A program made the translations under genes and the position numbers. The notes beneath the pieces were generated by a model, which was not told the DNA's origin, searched no databases, and saw nothing but the letters and a program-made list of their open reading frames with translations. A stretch of 22,770 nt of DNA from Armatimonadota bacterium (lineage in GTDB: Bacteria > Armatimonadota > UBA5829 > DTLH01), in the NCBI GenBank assembly GCA_039679675.1, contig JBDKUN010000020.1:1-22770 (forward strand). The letters run 5' to 3'. Below, one piece after another: positions 16,778-22,770 of the stretch. Position 1 is the stretch's first letter. Every line of letters starts with the position of its first letter.

Positions 16778-18084
16778 TGAGGATCGAATCGTCTGCGGGC
16801 GTAGTATCAAAGCGCATAATCCCAAACGCATACAACCCCGATGGGTTGAAATACTGGCGTGCTGCACTGCCGCGTGCAGCGGACGGTTGCGGCGGTGTAG
16901 ATATACTCTGGATAGCTCACTCGTACGGTACAGCGGCAACGGTCACCAACCCTGTGCATTTTTGCTATCCGCAAATACTGCGGCGGAAACTACAGGCGCG
17001 ATATAACCCGGCAGGCGTCGGGGGGATGGGATTTATTAATGCTCGAAGTGTCGGTATCAGCTCTACGAATTGGAGCAACTATAGTGGCGGTGATTGCACA
17101 GGTGGTTCGGGCAAGCGGTATGCAGGTAACAGTGTGAGTCCTCGTATATTGACGCTCACGCTCAATGACGCCACTGCCGGTATCAGTCCATACAATCCTG
17201 ATGCGCTCCCGACGACACTACCATATTGCACTGATCTGGAGGCGGTCATATCGGCTGGTGTAGGCACTAGTATAATGGGCAAATGGACGTTCGGTTGGGA
17301 TATTGGCGCGGGTTATGTCGATCTGCAGACCAACATAGATACTACGGCATTCCAGGGGCAATCCGGCCTACGGGCATGCCGGAAATTATCAACTGCAGAC
17401 GGTACAAGTTGGCATCACGACACATTGCCGACCACAGGCGATATGAAGTACAGCATTACCGCTGTCGATGCGGCTAAATACAATGATGTCTGCGGATTCG
17501 TGCATTATCGTAATGACTGGGATTGCGGTGTCCGACTCCATAATTTCTCGATTGCCGGGTCGTATGCAGTTGGGTACAAACTACAGGCGTCGCCGAATGT
17601 TGGGAATAACGGGCTACACGATTTCTGCAGTGCCACCAGATGTATCTACCCGGACGGTACTCGTCCGACAAACAAATTCTGCGGATTGGTTGGGATTGGC
17701 CTGGGAGTTAATGAGTATTTCCGGCAGGACACTACGCCGGATGAATTCTATGCCAATATGGCGTCAGTTATCAATGCTGCCCACACCTATAACCCGTACG
17801 CATCGATACTGTTGCTTGCGGATTGGCAGATTACAACAGGGACAAACCCGCTGCCAGAAACGCATGTGTGGAGAGAATACGTCGATAAATTGTATCAACT
17901 TGTAGATGCCTATTCGGACTATGTTACGTTGATCGATATGTATGCCTGGACGGGCAATGCGACAAGAGCGCAGGCATATCTACATCATACAAATTGCGCG
18001 TTGGAGGGTGCAGATAGTATGCACCCCAGCGCGTTAGGACAGACAGCCTACGCCGAATCGATTTACAGGCTGTTGACAGATTAA
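16777..18084 (+). CDS. SGNH/GDSL-family hydrolase, possibly virion-associated
   Basis: Block I ILWIAHSY, block II NFSIAG, block III GLGVNE, block V DSMHPS..G. Confidence 0.8.
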   Translation: MRIESSAGVVSKRIIPNAYNPDGLKYWRAALPRAADGCGGVDILWIAHSYGTAATVTNPVHFCYPQILRRKLQARYNPAGVGGMGFINARSVGISSTNWSNYSGGDCTGGSGKRYAGNSVSPRILTLTLNDATAGISPYNPDALPTTLPYCTDLEAVISAGVGTSIMGKWTFGWDIGAGYVDLQTNIDTTAFQGQSGLRACRKLSTADGTSWHHDTLPTTGDMKYSITAVDAAKYNDVCGFVHYRNDWDCGVRLHNFSIAGSYAVGYKLQASPNVGNNGLHDFCSATRCIYPDGTRPTNKFCGLVGIGLGVNEYFRQDTTPDEFYANMASVINAAHTYNPYASILLLADWQITTGTNPLPETHVWREYVDKLYQLVDAYSDYVTLIDMYAWTGNATRAQAYLHHTNCALEGADSMHPSALGQTAYAESIYRLLTD

Positions 18085-18114
18085 CTCAGCAACCCAATAA
18101 CAGACTAACACCCC

Positions 18115-18144
18115 GCATCCCCGGCACTCCACCGGGGATGTTTT
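18115..18144 (+). terminator. Intrinsic terminator
   Basis: GCATCCCCGG-CACTCCA-CCGGGGATGT followed by TTT. Confidence 0.75.
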
Positions 18145-18164
18145 GCATTACAAGGTAAACCACT

Positions 18165-18686
18165 ATGGTGAAAATCCCAGACAAATTATCAGGTATAGCG
18201 TTTACGCCGACGCGAGAGCATAACAACCTCGTGGAGGTTGTGCGCTGGCTGTTGTCTAATGCCATCGTTGCCATTGGTCCCGGCCTCGAATTGCTATCTC
18301 TCCCACAGGGGAGGGGGGTTGGGCTATCGGAAAGCGGCGTGATCTATGCCAAAATAACCGGCTCTGCCTCTGCTGACAGTCCTGCTCGCAACAGGTATAC
18401 GTATTCCTGGAGTGAGGTCATTAAATCTACAGCGGGGTATGGTGGCTGGGCAGATAAATCCGGTGGGCGTACCGGCACGAATAACGGCTACAACCTGATC
18501 GAAGACAATAACAATACGACCGGCACACTGGGAAATGGTGTAGCTACAACCAACCTCGTGGGGACATATACGCTGAAACCCGTTCCGGCTGATACCGTTG
18601 TGGCCCTGAGAGTCGTAAGAACCGCTGACGGCACGACCGAATACTGGTTCTCTTACGAAAACGGCGTCGATGGAGCGTGCACATAA
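18165..18686 (+). CDS. Putative tail-tip protein (173 aa)
   Basis: AAGGT RBS; G/T/N-rich beta sequence; tail module context. Confidence 0.65.
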   Translation: MVKIPDKLSGIAFTPTREHNNLVEVVRWLLSNAIVAIGPGLELLSLPQGRGVGLSESGVIYAKITGSASADSPARNRYTYSWSEVIKSTAGYGGWADKSGGRTGTNNGYNLIEDNNNTTGTLGNGVATTNLVGTYTLKPVPADTVVALRVVRTADGTTEYWFSYENGVDGACT

Positions 18687-19309
18687 TGAGCGGGATAAAT
18701 ACAAGGCGCTGTTGCTGTGAGGAATGCATCGATTGTGAATCGAAGACAATCATATTCTATGCCAGGGATTGGTATACGGGTTCTGCCGGTTGTGCGGATG
18801 CTCATAGTATATTTGATAGTTATATTGGTGCGGAAAAGCATACTGTAACCGATTTCTTTGTTGCGAGTGGGATAACATCAGCTGATTGCGATGTAGGGAC
18901 GATCACAATACCAGAGCTTTTATTTACCTTCAATCCTGATGACTATTTCCAAGGGACATGTTGGTTCATTCCGGGTAATCATAATTGCCCTACGAGCCTC
19001 AAAAGTTTGCATGTAAACCTTAAAATTGTGCTTTTAGGGGGCAAAGGCTCAGAACCAACAAGCCCAAGCAATTGTATATCGTCTACGAAATATTCCGCAT
19101 ATGTAAATTGGGGTGCGTGTGTTAATGCAAGTAATTATTATCCGCCTAAGTGTCTTGCTCACAGTCGCCACACATATGATGTTGAGACTCAGACATCTGA
19201 TCGTATAGTTACTGTTCATGGGCCAAGTTATACATTGCATTTGCCAGAGGATGGAGGCGACCATTATACAATGTGGGCACAGCCACTTATAACGGTATGG
19301 GGTGGATAA
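18686..19309 (+). CDS. Cys-rich putative tail-tip or receptor-binding protein
   Basis: TAATG coupling; RRCCCEECIDC N terminus; AT-rich body. Confidence 0.6.
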   Translation: MSGINTRRCCCEECIDCESKTIIFYARDWYTGSAGCADAHSIFDSYIGAEKHTVTDFFVASGITSADCDVGTITIPELLFTFNPDDYFQGTCWFIPGNHNCPTSLKSLHVNLKIVLLGGKGSEPTSPSNCISSTKYSAYVNWGACVNASNYYPPKCLAHSRHTYDVETQTSDRIVTVHGPSYTLHLPEDGGDHYTMWAQPLITVWGG

Positions 19310-19312
19310 CTG

Positions 19313-19648
19313 ATGGATAAGAACCAGTTTTCGTTAACCGGGTTTGTTGGCGGGACAATACCATATACTGTGGAGATCCTCGATGATACAACCATGACAG
19401 CAGAGATAGATGGCAACAGCAAAACGCTGCAACTCCCTTACAGATCAACCAGTGTTAAGGAGATCGGCAATATGCTGATCTCATTAGTTATTGATGGCAT
19501 CGATACAGAAGCTGCCGCATCTAATTGCACCCACCCGATCGAATCGATCTCGCTTGCCCGCGTTGAAACCTGCAAAAACTGCAAGGGTGAGACGTTCGAA
19601 AAGAAGATATTCCAATGCGATCTGTGCGGGCGGGAGTTCAGCCTGTAA
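19313..19648 (+). CDS. Hypothetical protein with C-terminal Cys cluster
   Basis: CTH..CKNC..CDLC motifs. Confidence 0.7.
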   Translation: MDKNQFSLTGFVGGTIPYTVEILDDTTMTAEIDGNSKTLQLPYRSTSVKEIGNMLISLVIDGIDTEAAASNCTHPIESISLARVETCKNCKGETFEKKIFQCDLCGREFSL

Positions 19649-19671
19649 AGATATAGCTAACCTTACATTTC

Positions 19672-19703
19672 AAAGCCCTTCCCCGTTCGGGAGGGGCTTT
19701 TTT
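19672..19703 (+). terminator. Intrinsic terminator closing the tail module
   Basis: AAAGCCCTTCCC-CGTTC-GGGAGGGGCTTT followed by TTT. Confidence 0.85.
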
Positions 19704-19729
19704 ATTAACTACTTATCAGGAGGCTATTA

Positions 19730-20098
19730 GTGATAGCTCAAGCAATGACTGTACCTATTCCTAAAAACCCAGTTACAGAATACGGGTTCGGGATTGGAGG
19801 AGCAGTGTTATTTATTCTGCTCATCATTCTAGTGCTCAAAATGTTTCTGAAATTCCTTAACGATCAACGCACCGCCGATCAGACACGGATGACGGAGGAG
19901 AGGGAGGAGAGGTCAGCTACACGAGATGATTTCCTATCAACCTACAAAGACATGACTGAACAAAATGCTAAAGCCATATCAAAAATCGCGGTAGACACAT
20001 CCGCCGCTCTCGCCAAAAACACTGAAACGCTCGATAGGCTCTGTAAATCCATCGAGCAATGCGAAACCAAAAACAGGAAAACAGGAGGCAAATCATGA
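19730..20098 (+). CDS. Holin-like protein, single TM plus coiled coil
   Basis: AGGAGG RBS; EYG.GIGGAVLFILLIILVL TM segment; first gene of the lysis cassette. Confidence 0.6.
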   Translation: MIAQAMTVPIPKNPVTEYGFGIGGAVLFILLIILVLKMFLKFLNDQRTADQTRMTEEREERSATRDDFLSTYKDMTEQNAKAISKIAVDTSAALAKNTETLDRLCKSIEQCETKNRKTGGKS

Positions 20099-20403
20099 GT
20101 TATTTGATTGTAGGACTGATCAGTCTGGGGCTGGGCTTGCTCGTCAAGAAGAACAAAGCCCCGAAGTTCATCCAGAATTGGCTGAAAAAGCGGGACGATG
20201 ACGGCACATCAGTCGAGGAAGTTCTGTTTAGTTATGTCAAACAGGCAGAAACTTACAGAGACAGAACTGGGGCTGAGAAGAAGCAGATGGTTGTCGAATG
20301 GATAACCGAATGGGCATCGAGCCGGTTCAATTTCCCCATCCCGGAAAGCATTGTGGATTCCGTCGTCGAGTATGTCTACCAGCAATATAAAAAGCGGACG
20401 TAG
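20095..20403 (+). CDS. Holin-like protein (LL-H type)
   Basis: AGGAGG RBS, ATGA overlap; N-terminal TM, VKQAE...GAEKK..V and IVDSVVE pattern. Confidence 0.7.
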   Translation: MSYLIVGLISLGLGLLVKKNKAPKFIQNWLKKRDDDGTSVEEVLFSYVKQAETYRDRTGAEKKQMVVEWITEWASSRFNFPIPESIVDSVVEYVYQQYKKRT

Positions 20404-20413
20404 GTGAGATATT

Positions 20414-20875
20414 ATGAAATCTCCACTTTCTGGCGGCATTCTCGGCAAGCGATATAACAGGACGCTCCACGGAAGGAGCGTCCATCGCAAAACCGATGTG
20501 CCAGGGCACAACGTCTGCATTGGATATTCTCGACCTGGCACGGGTGACGGGCTGGATATATTCTGCCCTGCATCAACAGAAGTCTACGCTATGCATGACG
20601 GGGTTGTGCAGATCATCAAAGACCGCAACGGGCGGCTTAGTTACGTCTATATCCGCAATGGCAGGACGTTCACCGTCTACGCTCACATATACGTCAAGGC
20701 GTCTCTTCAGGTTGGTAGCACTGTCAAGGCGGGTGAGTTGATTGGCTGGGTGAACAAGATATTGAAAGACCCGCACTTGCACCTTGAGGTATGGCCTGAC
20801 GGGAAGATATTGCACGACTCTAAACCCGCCGGACTGGCGAAGAAGATACAGGAGTTGATAGCTAATAACGGCTAG
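20414..20875 (+). CDS. M23-family metallopeptidase endolysin
   Basis: GLDI, EVYAMHDGVV, TVYAH, VG..VKAGELIG, PHLHLEV. Confidence 0.88.
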   Translation: MKSPLSGGILGKRYNRTLHGRSVHRKTDVPGHNVCIGYSRPGTGDGLDIFCPASTEVYAMHDGVVQIIKDRNGRLSYVYIRNGRTFTVYAHIYVKASLQVGSTVKAGELIGWVNKILKDPHLHLEVWPDGKILHDSKPAGLAKKIQELIANNG

Positions 20876-20885
20876 ACTCCGCGCG

Positions 20886-20919
20886 AAAACAAAGCCCGCC
20901 TGGTTGATCTGGGCGGGCT
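20886..20919 (-). terminator. Terminator between convergent units
   Basis: AGCCCGCC 20893-20900 / GGCGGGCT 20912-20919, followed by a T-rich tail on the minus strand. Confidence 0.7.
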
Positions 20920-20958
20920 AAAACTAAAGCCCCGCTGTGTTAGCCGGGGCCGATCAAA

Positions 20959-21243
20959 TTATTCATAACCGAACTGGTCGCTTGCATAGTTTACAATCTC
21001 GGCAACGAGTTTGATGTGTTTACAAGTTTTTCCGTTACGAGCAGCAGCACAATTGCAATCCCAGAGTTTTGCAAAACCATCTTCACTACGACCTACAAAT
21101 TTAACCTGATAATGTCGCTGCCCATCACTGGATGGTACGCTATAAACTCTATCTGAGTTTATAGCGATGCCCTGCTCTTTCAGCAATGCTGTTTCGTATT
21201 CATACACATTCGGATAATCATTAGCTGACAATACTGTTTTCAT
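20959..21243 (-). CDS. SWIM zinc-finger protein (94 aa)
   Basis: Y.V.SS....Y.V..W.CNC..CKHI (CxC-xn-CxH); GAGGAG RBS. Confidence 0.85.
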   Translation of the reverse strand: MKTVLSANDYPNVYEYETALLKEQGIAINSDRVYSVPSSDGQRHYQVKFVGRSEDGFAKLWDCNCAAARNGKTCKHIKLVAEIVNYASDQFGYE

Positions 21244-21276
21244 TTCTCCTCACTCTCCTTCTCCAGATGTTTTCAT

Positions 21277-21672
21277 TTATAGCAGTAATTTGCTTCTCAC
21301 ATATTGACTGAATGTCACTCCCTGTGATTGAGCGTCAGCCTCAATCTGTTCTACCTCAGATGGTGTAAATCGAATGCGTTTTGTGACTGATCTACCCTCT
21401 GGATCGAGAACCGAATTGTAATCTGGAGTAGATAGTTCAATTAAAATCTCTCCAAATAATTGTTTGTCCTCGTGAGTGAAATTCTCACGTCCATAGCTAT
21501 TCATTGCGCTATTAACCAATAATTTGAAGCAGGTGTGCATTGAAGTGCTGTTCACCTCTACTGCCCTGAGAGTTTTTGTAGCTTTATCCGACACCTCTGG
21601 GGTTTTGGTCAATATAATACTAACTGCATCCCGTATTTTGTTTTTTAGCCAATCCGGTAGAACTACCCTCAT
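21277..21672 (-). CDS. Regulator with C-terminal ribbon-helix-helix (MobC/CopG-like)
   Basis: RSVTKRIRFTPSEVEQIEADAQSQGVTFSQYVRSKLL; GGAG RBS. Confidence 0.8.
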   Translation of the reverse strand: MRVVLPDWLKNKIRDAVSIILTKTPEVSDKATKTLRAVEVNSTSMHTCFKLLVNSAMNSYGRENFTHEDKQLFGEILIELSTPDYNSVLDPEGRSVTKRIRFTPSEVEQIEADAQSQGVTFSQYVRSKLLL

Positions 21673-21695
21673 AATGATTATCTCCGTTTATTATT

Positions 21696-21772
21696 TCATC
21701 CGCCCCCACCTGGTGGGGAATAATGTTTTTCATAATAGAATAATGGTACACCCCCATAAATATGGGGAATCG
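21696..21772 (-). CRISPR. Degenerate type I-E-like repeat-spacer-repeat mini-unit
   Basis: Minus strand: CGATTCCCCATATTTATGGGGGTGTACCA (29 nt), 20-nt spacer, TTATTCCCCACCAGGTGGGGGCGGATGA (28 nt); no cas genes in the window. Confidence 0.55.
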
Positions 21773-21777
21773 CTAAA

Positions 21778-22080
21778 CTATTTTCTTGATCTCTCGTATT
21801 CGCGCATATCTCGATCAATTTCTCTGCGTAAACCCTCTAGTTCGATTTCATCATAGTCTACAACTCTCTGCCCTGATCGTGTCCGCTCTACGAGCCTGAA
21901 GTGGTCATAATAGCAGTTTCCGCCGTGACAATTTCGTGAGTGTTCCTGATTAGCTCGGACAATTGCGCTATATGCTGCGCTGAATGTTTTGTGGGTGGAC
22001 ATATCAGCCCATTTATTCTCTGGGATTTTTTCACCACCTAGCACGTGGTATGGGCGTCCAGTGTGTTGGAGTATATACAT
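21778..22080 (-). CDS. Hypothetical protein (100 aa), first gene of the leftward cassette
   Basis: GGAG RBS, directly downstream of a consensus-like promoter. Confidence 0.8.
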   Translation of the reverse strand: MYILQHTGRPYHVLGGEKIPENKWADMSTHKTFSAAYSAIVRANQEHSRNCHGGNCYYDHFRLVERTRSGQRVVDYDEIELEGLRREIDRDMREYERSRK

Positions 22081-22143
22081 TTTCGTCTCCGTGCTCTGCG
22101 CCCCCTATTGGGTTGGCGTCCTACGAGCCTGCCTGACATTATT

Positions 22144-22171
22144 AGTATACCACATTGTAGCTACACGTCAA
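22144..22171 (-). promoter_or_regulatory. Sigma70-type promoter with palindromic operator
   Basis: TTGACG-16 nt-TATACT with extended TG; palindrome TGTAGCTACA (22156-22165) in the spacer; AT-rich upstream tract. Confidence 0.8.
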
Positions 22172-22230
22172 CCCTATTTTCAGATATTTTTTAAAATAAT
22201 TTAGAACTGGTAATGTGTGCAGATTTGACC

Positions 22231-22259
22231 TTGCATCTCTCTCACATCTGTGCTATCGT
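22231..22259 (+). promoter_or_regulatory. Putative promoter of the methyltransferase
   Basis: TTGCAT-17 nt-TATCGT with extended TG. Confidence 0.55.
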
Positions 22260-22272
22260 GTGCATCATCTGA

Positions 22273-22286
22273 CGAACACCTGTTCG
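22273..22286. promoter_or_regulatory. LexA (SOS) box, Gram-positive type
   Basis: CGAACACCTGTTCG matches CGAAC-N4-GTTCG; lies between promoter and RBS. Confidence 0.75.
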
Positions 22287-22304
22287 CTTTATGGAGGTAG
22301 CACA

Positions 22305-22770
22305 GTGAGATCCCCGATTTGTTGGTTTGGCGGTAAAGGACATATGGCCGCGCGGATTGCTCCGCTTTTCCCTGAGCATCGCATTTATGTTGAGCCGTTC
22401 GGTGGCGGGGGATCTCTGCTGTTCTACAAAGAGCCGTCCGAGATCGAGGTATACAACGATCTCGACTCCGGCCTGGTCAACCTGTTTCGAGTCCTCCGTG
22501 ACCCGGAGAAGTTCGGCAAGTTCTACCACTATATCAGCCTTACCCCATATTCGCGGGAGGAATACCTGCAATGCCGGGAACTGCTCGATGAATCTAGCGA
22601 TGAGATTGTCCAGGCATACCGCTGGTATGTCGTGGCCAGGTCAAGTTTTGGTGGGATATTCGGGAGTTCCTGGGGATATACGGTATCGTCAAGCGGTCAG
22701 GGTATGGCCAGTTCCTGCAGCAGATGGATGACTGCTTTTCATATGCTTCCTGCGATCCACGAACGATTGA
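22305..22770 (+). CDS. Dam/D12-class N6-adenine DNA methyltransferase, 3' truncated by the window end
   Basis: GGAGGT RBS and GTG start; RSPICWFGGKG, YVEPFGGGGS, EVYNDLD..LVNLFRVLRD; frame open to the window end. Confidence 0.93.
   Translation, partial: MRSPICWFGGKGHMAARIAPLFPEHRIYVEPFGGGGSLLFYKEPSEIEVYNDLDSGLVNLFRVLRDPEKFGKFYHYISLTPYSREEYLQCRELLDESSDEIVQAYRWYVVARSSFGGIFGSSWGYTVSSSGQGMASSCSRWMTAFHMLPAIHERL

Noticed and set aside
2647..20815. Many antisense and alternate-frame ORFs within the structural genes
   Set aside because: Shadow frames of well supported + strand genes with no recognisable motifs.
21620..21757. Small minus-strand ORF running through the CRISPR-like unit
   Set aside because: No convincing RBS and an out-of-frame overlap with the RHH gene; the hairpin pair explains the region better.
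22242..22731. ORFs 22242-22571 (-) and 22327-22731 (+)
   Set aside because: Shadows of the methyltransferase frame starting at 22305; the final TGA of the window is not in that frame.

Overview
The window is the late (morphogenesis and lysis) region of a tailed phage or prophage with an HK97-type head and a long non-contractile tail. The order on the + strand is: tRNA-Thr(TGT) within a cluster of structured non-coding sequence, HNH endonuclease, probable cos site, TerS, an inserted AT-rich moron, TerL, portal fused to a MuF-like domain, prohead protease, major capsid, decoration proteins, neck proteins, tail tube, frameshifted tail chaperones, tape measure, a compact atypical tail tip with an SGNH esterase, two holin-like genes and an M23 endolysin. 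A leftward accessory cassette follows (hypothetical, RHH regulator, SWIM zinc finger). It has its own strong promoter and carries two type I-E CRISPR-repeat-like units around a 20-nt spacer. The window ends in a truncated Dam-family methyltransferase preceded by a Gram-positive-type LexA box. The most notable items are the CRISPR-like mini-unit, a candidate double-pseudoknot ncRNA, the moron flanked by an 8-bp duplication, and a signal peptide on a capsid-region protein. All family calls come from motif recognition and gene order; no database searches were run.
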